Made by a program: the position numbers and the translations under genes. Of a stretch of DNA of 64,000 nucleotides, positions 56,013-63,694 are shown one piece after another. Source of the DNA: Chloroflexota bacterium (GTDB lineage Bacteria; Chloroflexota; UBA11872); NCBI GenBank assembly GCA_034422315.1, contig DAOUJT010000003.1, forward strand, positions 17,571 through 81,570. Reading direction: 5' to 3'. Position 1 is the stretch's first letter, and each line of letters opens with the position of its first letter. The notes below the pieces were generated by a model, which saw nothing but the letters and a program-made list of their open reading frames with translations, made no database searches and was not told where the DNA came from.

Positions 56013-57013
56013 CCCGCGTCATCCTTCTTGGACTCGGCCTCACCGCGGCCGTCTATGTCCTCATCGTCCTCCGCACCGCCTGGCTCATCGTCCACCCCAA
56101 CCGCACTTGGCGCCCGACTGACTGGGAACCGCTGCCGCTCAACCCCGCCCGCGTCCACTTCAAGTCAGCCGACGGTACCCGCCTGGCCGGCTGGATTAGG
56201 CCGCACGACACCCCCATCGCCACCGTCATTCTCGTCCACGGACTCGCCGTCAATCACACCGTCCTGGCAAATCGCGCCTATCGCCTCTGGCAGCGGCGCT
56301 TCTCCGTCATGCTCTTCGACTTCCGAGCCTGTGGTGAATCCGAAGGGTCGACCAGTACCTGCGGTGTCCGCGAAGTCGAAGACCTCTCAGCCGCCGTCGA
56401 TCTCTGCCGGCGCCAGCCCGAATTCGGCAACGCACCCATCGTCGCCCTCGCCGACTCCCTCGGCGGAACCGTCGCCCTCGCCGCCGCGGCGCAACGACCG
56501 GAAATCAAGGCCGTCTTCAGCGACGCCGCGCCAATCTCGCTGCGCTCCGCGATCGACAAAGGCTTCAGCGCCTACACCGGCCTGCCCGCACTCCCGTTTC
56601 GACGAGCCGTCGTCTGGACCGCCGAACGCTTCACTGGCGAAGGCGTCGATGACTTCACTGTCGAAGACTCAATCTCGAACATCGCGCCCCGCCCCGTTTG
56701 CCTGGCCCATGGGCATCTGGATCCCCTGGTTGATGTTGCTGACGCGCATCGGATGCACGAACGCGCGGGCGAATCTAGTGAACTGTGGCTCGAGCCGGAC
56801 GTCGGCCACGTCCTCGCCAGCGGAATCGACCCTGAGGACTACGCCGACCGCGTGGCCAGCTTCTTCAAACGCGCCGTTTCGCCTGGGCAGGCGCTGACAC
56901 GACCGGAAGAGCGGCGCTCCGCAGCGCAGTCTCTTGACCACCCGGGCGCACCGACCCCGCAAACCAACGGCGCCGACGAAACGGTGTCCGCGCAGTCGTC
57001 CTCAAAACCCTAG
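56009..57013 (+). CDS. Membrane-anchored alpha/beta hydrolase
   Basis: 334 aa. N-terminal TM helix, VILVHGLAVNH, nucleophile elbow ALADSLGG, and later HGHLDPLV / VGHV. ATGA overlap with the trpA stop. Confidence 0.8.
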   Translation: MTRVILLGLGLTAAVYVLIVLRTAWLIVHPNRTWRPTDWEPLPLNPARVHFKSADGTRLAGWIRPHDTPIATVILVHGLAVNHTVLANRAYRLWQRRFSVMLFDFRACGESEGSTSTCGVREVEDLSAAVDLCRRQPEFGNAPIVALADSLGGTVALAAAAQRPEIKAVFSDAAPISLRSAIDKGFSAYTGLPALPFRRAVVWTAERFTGEGVDDFTVEDSISNIAPRPVCLAHGHLDPLVDVADAHRMHERAGESSELWLEPDVGHVLASGIDPEDYADRVASFFKRAVSPGQALTRPEERRSAAQSLDHPGAPTPQTNGADETVSAQSSSKP

Positions 57014-57522
57014 GCGCCGTCGTCCCAGCGCGAGGCCCGATCGTCGGTCTCGAACTCCGGTGTGCTGTACGCCTCCGCCTCCAGCAATTCCTTCAGCTTC
57101 TCCAGCGAAACGGTCATCACCAGGTCCGCGTCCCGTTTGGCCTTGCCGCCAATCCCAAAGAAGCTCCGGCCCTCGTTATCCAGCTTCAGCACCCAGTCCA
57201 CCTCGGCCCCTGTCAACGAGTGCTTGACCTGCACGCTGGCCCGATGCGGCTGAAACTCCGCGTAGCGCGTCGGCAGTCGATAGGTGAACACCCGGTGCTC
57301 GGCATCGAACTCCAGGATCTCAATCTCCGCTTCCGCCGCGCCCTTTACGGCCACTTTGGTCCCAACGCCCAGCGGCTCATCCCCGAGCTTCTGAACTTCG
57401 CTCACGCCGGGGAACCAGCGCACCAACTCCGAAGCGACCGTCCAGGCCTGCCAGGCCGTGTCGGGGTCTGTATGGATGAACTGCTCGACCTTCTGGCCGA
57501 TCACAATCCGCTGCGAATCCAT
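57010..57522 (-). CDS. SRPBCC (START/polyketide cyclase/AHSA1-like) family protein
   Basis: 170 aa. IHTDPDTAWQAWTVASELVRWFPG... is a typical SRPBCC N-terminus. Convergent with the hydrolase gene, with a 4-nt overlap. Confidence 0.7.
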   Translation of the reverse strand: MDSQRIVIGQKVEQFIHTDPDTAWQAWTVASELVRWFPGVSEVQKLGDEPLGVGTKVAVKGAAEAEIEILEFDAEHRVFTYRLPTRYAEFQPHRASVQVKHSLTGAEVDWVLKLDNEGRSFFGIGGKAKRDADLVMTVSLEKLKELLEAEAYSTPEFETDDRASRWDDGA

Positions 57523-57616
57523 GCTGGCTCCTCATCGGCCACCGTATCTGTCCTCAGCGCTATGGTACGCGCCGAGAGTCGCCTGTGGGCGGCTCATCTG
57601 GCGGTAAACTCGTTGC

Positions 57617-57707
57617 GGAGGGGTGCCCGAGTGGTTTAAGGGGCTCGTCTCGAAAACGAGTAGGCGTGATGAGCGCCACGTGGGTTCGAATCCCACCCTC
57701 TCCGCCA
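57617..57707 (+). tRNA. tRNA-Ser (anticodon CGA), class II with long variable arm, CCA encoded
   Basis: Hand-folded. Acceptor GGAGGGG/CCTCTCC (one G-U pair), D stem CCC/GGG, anticodon stem CTCGT/ACGAG with loop CTCGAAA, variable arm, T arm GTGGG-TTCGAAT-CCCAC, then G-CCA. Confidence 0.9.
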
Positions 57708-57746
57708 AACCCCGACGACGGCCGCGCTTGCTAGCATTCGCCTTCA

Positions 57747-57834
57747 GGAGAGGTCGCCTAGAGGCTTAGGGCGCACGCCTGGAAAGCGTGTAGGGGGCAA
57801 CCCCACGTGGGTTCGAATCCCACCCTCTCCGCCA
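57747..57834 (+). tRNA. tRNA-Ser (anticodon GGA), class II with long variable arm, CCA encoded
   Basis: Hand-folded. Acceptor GGAGAGG/CCTCTCC, anticodon stem CACGC/GCGTG with loop CTGGAAA, variable arm GGGGG-caa-CCCC, and a T arm identical to the first tRNA. Confidence 0.9.
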
Positions 57835-57924
57835 ATCCGTCTTGCCCGTCCCTGCCTATACGGCGCATCCCGCGCCCGCAAGACCACCGCGCCGGAAAAA
57901 CCCACGGCTTCCGCAGGATTTCCC

Positions 57925-57953
57925 TTGACTTAGCCAATACTAATGCCTAGTCT
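57925..57953 (+). promoter_or_regulatory. Candidate promoter of the Fe(III) ABC operon (TTGACT-N17-TAGTCT)
   Basis: TTGACT at 57925-57930, a 17-nt spacer, then TAGTCT at 57948-57953 in an AT-richer intergenic stretch. Confidence 0.45.
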
Positions 57954-57963
57954 TCGCAGTGGC

Positions 57964-57982
57964 TAAGGTTAGCCATAGCTAA
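57964..57982 (+). promoter_or_regulatory. DtxR/IdeR-type iron box (candidate operator)
   Basis: TAAGGTTAGCCATAGCTAA matches the 19-bp consensus TTAGGTTAGCCTAACCTAA at 15/19 positions by eye (17/19 with W-degenerate positions). It overlaps the inverted repeat TGGCTAA-GG-TTAGCCA (57960-57975), just downstream of the -10 element. Confidence 0.6.
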
Positions 57983-57998
57983 GACGGAGTATTAGCCA

Positions 57999-59255
57999 AT
58001 GCTTCACGACGATTCGGCCGCTCTCGACAGCCCCGCATCCGGCGGTCGCCTCAGCCGACGCCGCCTCCTGCGCATCGGCGCCGTCGGCGCTGTCGGCTCC
58101 GCTGCCGCCGCCACCCTCGCCGCCTGCGGCGAGTCCCAGGTCGTCACAGTCGAGAAGATCGTCACCCAGACCGAGATCAGGGAAGTCCCGGTCGAAAAGA
58201 TCGTCACCCAGACGGTCGTCAAGGAAGTGGCGGTTGAGAAGGTCGTTCCCCAGACAGTCGTAAAGGAAGTCCCCGTAGATCGCGTCGTCGAAAAGATCGT
58301 CACCGTCGAGAAGATGATGGCCCCCAAGCAGCAATCGGTCATCGTCTACTCCGGCCGCAGCGAATCCCTCGTCGCTCCCGTCCTTGCCCAGTTCGGTGAG
58401 ATCTCCGGTGTCGACGTCCAGATCAAGTACGCCGGCACCCCGGCCCTCGCCGCCACCCTCCTCGAGGAAGGCTCGAACTCCCCCGCCGACCTCTTCTACG
58501 CCCAGGACCCCGGCGGGCTCGGTGCGGTCGAACCTCTCTTCGCGCCCCTGCCTCAAGACATCCTGGAACGTTCCCCTGAGTGGGGTCGACATGCCGGCGG
58601 CCTCTGGACCGGCGTCACCGGACGCGCCCGCACCGTCGTCTACAACAACCAGAAGTTCACCGAAGCCGACCTCCCCGACGACATGTTCGGCTTCCACGAC
58701 GCTGCCTGGAAGGGCCGCATCGGTTGGGCCCCCACCAACGGCTCGTACCAGGCCATGGTCACCGGCATGCGGACCGTTTGGGGCGAAGACCGCACCGCCG
58801 AGTGGCTCGAGGGCATCAAGGCCAACGAGCCCATCGAGTTCCCTAAGAACACCCCGCAGGTCGCGGCGGCCGCCGCCGGTGAGATCGACGTCGGCTTCGT
58901 CAACCACTACTACCTGCACCGTTTCATGTCCGAGCAGGGCGAGTCCTTCAACGCCCGCAACTACCACGTCCGAGGCGGCGGGCCGGGTGCCCTTATCATG
59001 GTCTCCGGCGCGGGGGTTCTGGCCTCGGCTGCCAACCCCGAACCGGCGCAGGCCCTCATCCGCTTCCTGCTCTCCGACGTGGGACAGAGCTACTTCGTGT
59101 CCAACACCTTCGAGTACCCAATGGCCCCCGGCGTCAAGACGCATCCGGGCGTCACCCCGTTGGACGCGATCAATCGGCCGGACATCGAGCCGGTTGAGCT
59201 CACTGATCTGCAAGGCACGCAAGACCTCTTGCGTCGCCTCGAGATCCTTCCCTAA
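57999..59255 (+). CDS. Fe(III)-type ABC substrate-binding lipoprotein (FbpA/AfuA-like) with Tat-like signal and repeat tether
   Basis: 418 aa. RLSRRRLLRIGAVGAVGSAAAATLAAC has twin-Arg and a lipobox. A VEKIVTQT/VKEVPV tether follows, then SVIVYSGRSESLVAPVL...DLFYAQDPG... typical of iron(III) SBPs. Confidence 0.85.
   Translation: MLHDDSAALDSPASGGRLSRRRLLRIGAVGAVGSAAAATLAACGESQVVTVEKIVTQTEIREVPVEKIVTQTVVKEVAVEKVVPQTVVKEVPVDRVVEKIVTVEKMMAPKQQSVIVYSGRSESLVAPVLAQFGEISGVDVQIKYAGTPALAATLLEEGSNSPADLFYAQDPGGLGAVEPLFAPLPQDILERSPEWGRHAGGLWTGVTGRARTVVYNNQKFTEADLPDDMFGFHDAAWKGRIGWAPTNGSYQAMVTGMRTVWGEDRTAEWLEGIKANEPIEFPKNTPQVAAAAAGEIDVGFVNHYYLHRFMSEQGESFNARNYHVRGGGPGALIMVSGAGVLASAANPEPAQALIRFLLSDVGQSYFVSNTFEYPMAPGVKTHPGVTPLDAINRPDIEPVELTDLQGTQDLLRRLEILP
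58140..58313 (+). repeat. Degenerate in-frame tandem repeats encoding a VEKIVTQT / VKEVPV tether
   Basis: Translation VVTVEKIVTQTEIREVPVEKIVTQTVVKEVAVEKVVPQTVVKEVPVDRVVEKIVTVEK. Same repeat family as 5757-5996. Confidence 0.75.
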
Positions 59256-59266
59256 CACCGTGCCTA

Positions 59267-60901
59267 ATGGCCTCGGTCCCCACCGTCGAGACCTTCCCCA
59301 GGTCGTTTATTCCCCGCCGGTCCCCGCCGGTAGGGTTGACGCTCCTGGCCGTGGCGGTCACCGCGCTTCTTGTGTTGCCGGTGATCTACCTGGGGATTCG
59401 GTCCTTCGACGCGGGGACCGAGGCTTGGCAGCTTCTTGCGCGGCCGCGAATCGCGACCGTAATCGGTCGTAGCCTACTACTCGTAGTCTCCGTTACGGTC
59501 CTCGCCACCGCGCTGGCCGTACCCATTGCCTGGCTCCTCACCCGCACCGACCTTCCCCGCCGTGGCTGGTGGACGATCGTCATGGCCCTCCCGCTCGTGG
59601 TTCCCAGCTTCATCTACGCGCTCGTGGCCGGCACCGCCCTCGGACCCCGCGGCCTCGTGCAGAAGGCGCTCGAAGGCCCGTTTGGTGTGTCCGAACTTCC
59701 CAACTTGTATGGATTTCCGGCTGCCCTCCTGGCTCTTGCGCTCCTCACCTACCCGTACGTGCTGCTCCCAACCATGGCGGCGCTTCGCCGACTTGATCCC
59801 GCGCTCGACGAGGTCAGCCGCTGTCTCGGCCGTGGAGCGCTGCGCACGTTTGCCACGGTGACCATTCCTGCGTTGCGTCCGGCAATCGCCGCCGGTGCGC
59901 TCCTTGCCGCGCTCTACACCCTTTCTGACTTCGGAGCCGTCTCGCTCCTCCGCTTCGAAACCTTCACCGCGGCAATCTTCGTGCAGTACGAGTCCGCCTA
60001 CAGTCGCTCGGCCGCGGCCGCGCTCTCGCTCGTTCTGGTGGCCGCCGCCATAGCCATCGTCACCCTCGAGGCCCGCAGCCGCGGCCGATCTCGCCACCAC
60101 TCCCTTGGTCCGGGCGCCAATCGCGAGTTTCGACCGCTCGCCCTCCGCCGCTGGCGCTGGCCGGCCGTCGCTGGACTCAGCCTCGTCGCGTTCGCCACCA
60201 CCGTCGGCCCGGGTGCCGTACTGCTCTATTGGCTGGTTCGAGGCCTCGCCGCCGGCGAAGATCTGCTCGAGCTGGTCGAACCCCTCGTCAACTCGGTCGG
60301 TGTCTCGATCCTTGCCGCCGCGATTCTGCTGATCGTGGCCATTCCGCTCGGCGTGCTGCTCGTGCGCTATCCCAGTCCAATGGCCCGCCTGCTCGAGCGC
60401 GGCTCCTACGTTGGCTTCGCCCTCCCAGGGATCACGGTCGCCATCGCCTTCATCTTTTTTGGCATCAACGTGGTTCGGCCCCTCTACCAGACCCTCGTAC
60501 TCCTCCTGGCCGCCTACGTCGTACTCTTTCTGCCAACCACGCTCGGCGCCGTGAGGGCCGGCCTGCTCCAGATTGATCCCCGCACCGAGGAAGCCGCCCG
60601 CACGCTTGGCAAGAACCCCCGCCAGGTTCTCTGGCGAGTCACCATCCCCGCCGTCCGCGGCAGCATGGCCGCCGGCGCCGCCATGGCCTTCCTGCTCGTC
60701 ATGAAAGAGCTGCCGGCTGCCCTCCTCCTGGGACCCATCGGTTTCCGTACCCTCGCCACCGTCACCTGGGCCGCCGCCGACGAAGCCTTTTTCGCCCAGG
60801 CCGCCTCCTCGTCGCTCCTGTTGATCGTCGTCGCCTCGCTTCCGCTCGCCTTCATCCTCGTTCGGCGCGGCTCTGCTGGAATCCTGCGCGCCTCCGGCTA
60901 G
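59267..60901 (+). CDS. Fe(III) ABC transporter permease, fused double-domain (FbpB-like)
   Basis: 544 aa, about 12 TM segments. Two EAA-like loops (LDEVSRCLGRGALRTFATVTIPALRPA and TEEAARTLGKNPRQVLWRVTIPAVRGS). Confidence 0.85.
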   Translation: MASVPTVETFPRSFIPRRSPPVGLTLLAVAVTALLVLPVIYLGIRSFDAGTEAWQLLARPRIATVIGRSLLLVVSVTVLATALAVPIAWLLTRTDLPRRGWWTIVMALPLVVPSFIYALVAGTALGPRGLVQKALEGPFGVSELPNLYGFPAALLALALLTYPYVLLPTMAALRRLDPALDEVSRCLGRGALRTFATVTIPALRPAIAAGALLAALYTLSDFGAVSLLRFETFTAAIFVQYESAYSRSAAAALSLVLVAAAIAIVTLEARSRGRSRHHSLGPGANREFRPLALRRWRWPAVAGLSLVAFATTVGPGAVLLYWLVRGLAAGEDLLELVEPLVNSVGVSILAAAILLIVAIPLGVLLVRYPSPMARLLERGSYVGFALPGITVAIAFIFFGINVVRPLYQTLVLLLAAYVVLFLPTTLGAVRAGLLQIDPRTEEAARTLGKNPRQVLWRVTIPAVRGSMAAGAAMAFLLVMKELPAALLLGPIGFRTLATVTWAAADEAFFAQAASSSLLLIVVASLPLAFILVRRGSAGILRASG

Positions 60902-60947
60902 ACCATCCGCGTATCATGCGGGTCCCGGTCCCCTCGCAGGACGCGCC

Positions 60948-62309
60948 ATGTACGACCCGCACCTGCATCTCCTGATCGACGACCACGAGGTCCTTTACCG
61001 CTCAGGCCTCACCCGCTTCGTCGAACAGCCCCAGCGTCTGTCCCTCGAACCGGTCCTAAAGCCGGAAATGCCCTGGGAACACGGACACGTATCGCTCTGG
61101 GGATCGGTATTGCACGTCGGCGCTGAGTTCCAGATGTGGTACTTGGCCATACCCCCCGAACGCCGCAGGGGCTACGACCGCATCTGCTACGCCACCTCGT
61201 CCGACGGCGTCAACTGGACGCGCGGCGACTTTGATCGGTACGCCCTCCCCGAAGCTCCCCGCAACAACCTCGTCTACAGGGATGAGCAGCAGCCTCGGAT
61301 TCGCCGCAGTCACCCGTTCACCGTCATCCGCGACCCCCTCGAACCCGACCAACAACGCCGCTACAAGTTCATCGGCTATATGAACGATGCCGACCACAAC
61401 CGCGGCTATTCCGTCGGCTTCAGCCCCGACGGAATCGACTGGACCTGCGCTCCCCGCGTCCTCCTTCCCCGCGGTGACCGAACCGCCGTCGGCCAGGACT
61501 TCGTCAACGGCGGCTTCATCATGACCTCGCGCGGCGACAACCGCGGCCGTGATCGAGAGGCCGGACACATGACCCGGCGGGACATCGCCGTCTCGCGGTC
61601 ACCGGACCTCTTGAACTGGACGCCAGGCGACCGGGTATTCGAGGGTGACGACGACGACCCGCCCGGAACCGAGTTCTACGGCATGCCTCTCTTCATGTGG
61701 GGCAATCAGTGGATCGGATTCCTGGAGTACTACGACCCGGGCAACGAGGTCCTCAACGTCCAGCTCACCACCAGCCGCGATGGCGACCGCTGGGAACGCG
61801 CCTGCTCGCGCCGCACATACTTCGACGTCGGCTCGTCCGACTCCTGGGAAAGCACCTGGGTCGTCTTCCCACCGTCCCCGCCCATCGTCGTCGGTGACGA
61901 AATGCTGCTCTGGTACACCGGCCGTCCCCTCGCCCACCGCCGGCCCGCGGAACTCACCTTCGCGTCCTCGATCGGCCTTGCCCGTGCCCCTCGCGATCGC
62001 TTCGCTGGCCTTCGCGCCGGTCCCGACGGCGGCGAACTCACCACGGACTGGGTCGAAATCGGCGGCCCGCGCCTGCTACTCAACATCGGAGCCGCCGCCG
62101 GCCCGCTCACGGTCGCGGTCACCGGCGACGACGCCACACCCATCCCTGGCTTCGACCACGCCGACTACGATTCCGGAATCAAGAGCGGCGTCGACGTTGA
62201 GGCCACCTGGAACGGTCGCAACCTCGCCTCCCTCGTCGGCCGCAGCGTCCGCCTCCACATCAAGATCACCTACGCCACCCTCTACGCCTACCGCTTCGCC
62301 GGTCCCTGA
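60948..62309 (+). CDS. Beta-propeller glycoside-hydrolase-like protein with C-terminal beta-sandwich (paralog of 23963-25444)
   Basis: 453 aa. KPEMPWEHG, ATSSDGVNWTRGD, VIRDPLEP and C-terminal ...ATLYAYRFAGP. Confidence 0.6.
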   Translation: MYDPHLHLLIDDHEVLYRSGLTRFVEQPQRLSLEPVLKPEMPWEHGHVSLWGSVLHVGAEFQMWYLAIPPERRRGYDRICYATSSDGVNWTRGDFDRYALPEAPRNNLVYRDEQQPRIRRSHPFTVIRDPLEPDQQRRYKFIGYMNDADHNRGYSVGFSPDGIDWTCAPRVLLPRGDRTAVGQDFVNGGFIMTSRGDNRGRDREAGHMTRRDIAVSRSPDLLNWTPGDRVFEGDDDDPPGTEFYGMPLFMWGNQWIGFLEYYDPGNEVLNVQLTTSRDGDRWERACSRRTYFDVGSSDSWESTWVVFPPSPPIVVGDEMLLWYTGRPLAHRRPAELTFASSIGLARAPRDRFAGLRAGPDGGELTTDWVEIGGPRLLLNIGAAAGPLTVAVTGDDATPIPGFDHADYDSGIKSGVDVEATWNGRNLASLVGRSVRLHIKITYATLYAYRFAGP

Positions 62310-62323
62310 AAGCAGTAACAGCC

Positions 62324-63607
62324 ATGAGCGACCTCGCCCTCCTCGGCGGACAGCCGGTCCGCTCCGAGGCCTTCCCCGAATGGCCCATCGTCGAGGAGTC
62401 CGACGTCCAGGCCGTCGCCGATGTCGTCCGCAGCGGCGCCTGGGGCCGTCTTGGCGCCAACCAGGTCCACGAATTCGAAAAGGCCTTCGCCGCCTACCAG
62501 GGCGCCGCCTACGGCCTCAGCGTTAACAGCGGCGGCGTCGCCCTCGAGCTTGCCCTCATGTGCCTTCACCTGCCCCGCGGCGCCGAAGTCCTCGTCCCCG
62601 CCTACACCTACATGGCCACCGCCACCTGCATCCTCCGCGCCGGTCTGACTCCCGTCTTCGTCGACATCCACCAGGACACCTACAACATCGATCCCGCCCG
62701 GCTCGAGTCGGCTGTCACCGACCAGACCGCCGCCATCCTCGTCGTCCACTTCGGCGGCCTGTCTTGCGACATGGACGCCGTCCTCGCGGTCGCCGCGAAA
62801 CACGACCTCGGTGTCGTCGAAGACTCCGCCCACGCCCACGGCGCAACCTGGAACAACCGCGGCCTCGGCACCATCGGCGACGTCGGCTGCTTCAGCTTCC
62901 AGGCAAGCAAGAACCTCAACGCCGGTGAAGGCGGCATCCTGCTCACCAACGACGCCCAGATCTATACCCGCGCCATCGAGTACCACGACCTCTGGGCCGG
63001 CGGCATGCTCGAACGTGAGGGCCAGCTCGGGCAGGGCAGCATGCGTTCCGGCGCCACCTGGGACTACCCCGTTGCCGCCTCCAGCAACCGCATGCCCACC
63101 TACCAGGCCGTCCTGCTGCACCGCCAGCTCGAGCGTCTGGAGGATCAGACCGAACGCCGCGCCGCCAACGGCGCCTATCTCGACGACCTCCTTGACGATC
63201 TCGAAGGCATCCAGCCCCGCCGCCAGGACGACTGGGTTACCCGCGATTCCCGACACCTCTACATCTGCCGCTACGACGCCGACGCCTTTGACGGCCTACC
63301 GCGCGAAACGTTTATCAAGGCCCTCAACGCCGAAGGCATCCCCGCCGCCCCCGGTTACGGCCGAGCCCTCCACCGCACCGGCCTCTTCCAGGACCGCAAC
63401 GGCGAACTCGCCCGCTTCTGGAACCGCAACGGCGGCGAGCCCGACATCGACTATCAGTCGGCCCCCTGCCCCGTCACCGAGCGTCTCTGTGCCGGCGAAA
63501 CCCTCTGGCTCAGCCAGAACGTCTTCCTCGACACCCCCGAAGGCATGACCCAGATCGCCACCGCCATCGAAAAAATCCGAGCCTCCGCCGCAGATCTAGT
63601 CCCGTAG
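62324..63607 (+). CDS. DegT/DnrJ/EryC1/StrS family PLP aminotransferase
   Basis: 427 aa. ...EFEKAFAAYQGAAYGLSVNSGGVALELAL..., DSAHAHGA and SFQASKNLNAGEGG (PLP Lys). Confidence 0.9.
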   Translation: MSDLALLGGQPVRSEAFPEWPIVEESDVQAVADVVRSGAWGRLGANQVHEFEKAFAAYQGAAYGLSVNSGGVALELALMCLHLPRGAEVLVPAYTYMATATCILRAGLTPVFVDIHQDTYNIDPARLESAVTDQTAAILVVHFGGLSCDMDAVLAVAAKHDLGVVEDSAHAHGATWNNRGLGTIGDVGCFSFQASKNLNAGEGGILLTNDAQIYTRAIEYHDLWAGGMLEREGQLGQGSMRSGATWDYPVAASSNRMPTYQAVLLHRQLERLEDQTERRAANGAYLDDLLDDLEGIQPRRQDDWVTRDSRHLYICRYDADAFDGLPRETFIKALNAEGIPAAPGYGRALHRTGLFQDRNGELARFWNRNGGEPDIDYQSAPCPVTERLCAGETLWLSQNVFLDTPEGMTQIATAIEKIRASAADLVP

Positions 63608-63694
63608 GGACGCGATCCACCTGTAGGGGCGCTTCGCGAAGCGCCCCTCTTCCGCTCGAGGCGCCTCGCCAACCGCTCGACCCTGCGTCCCTAC
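63604..63694. repeat. Nested inverted repeats between convergent genes (candidate bidirectional terminator / REP-like element)
   Basis: The outer arms GTAGGGACGC (63604-63613) and GCGTCCCTAC (63685-63694) each contain the TAG stop of the flanking gene. The inner element is a perfect 24-nt palindrome, AGGGGCGCTTCG|CGAAGCGCCCCT (63625-63648). Confidence 0.5.

Noticed and set aside
57617-57834. tRNA-Ser genes as an integration hotspot, or as tRNA-Sec
   Set aside because: There is no integrase, direct-repeat attachment site or foreign-looking DNA next to them. The anticodons are CGA and GGA with normal 7-bp acceptor stems, so neither is tRNA-Sec.
57969-59258. 429-aa minus-strand ORF
   Set aside because: It is antisense to the Fe(III) SBP gene, which has a signal peptide, a lipobox and family motifs. 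Shadow ORF.
62288-63256. 322-aa minus-strand ORF, and the 245-aa ORF at 62811-63548 in another plus frame
   Set aside because: Both overlap the DegT aminotransferase gene, which has a clear PLP-Lys motif. Their translations are low-complexity Ala/Gly/Pro/Thr.
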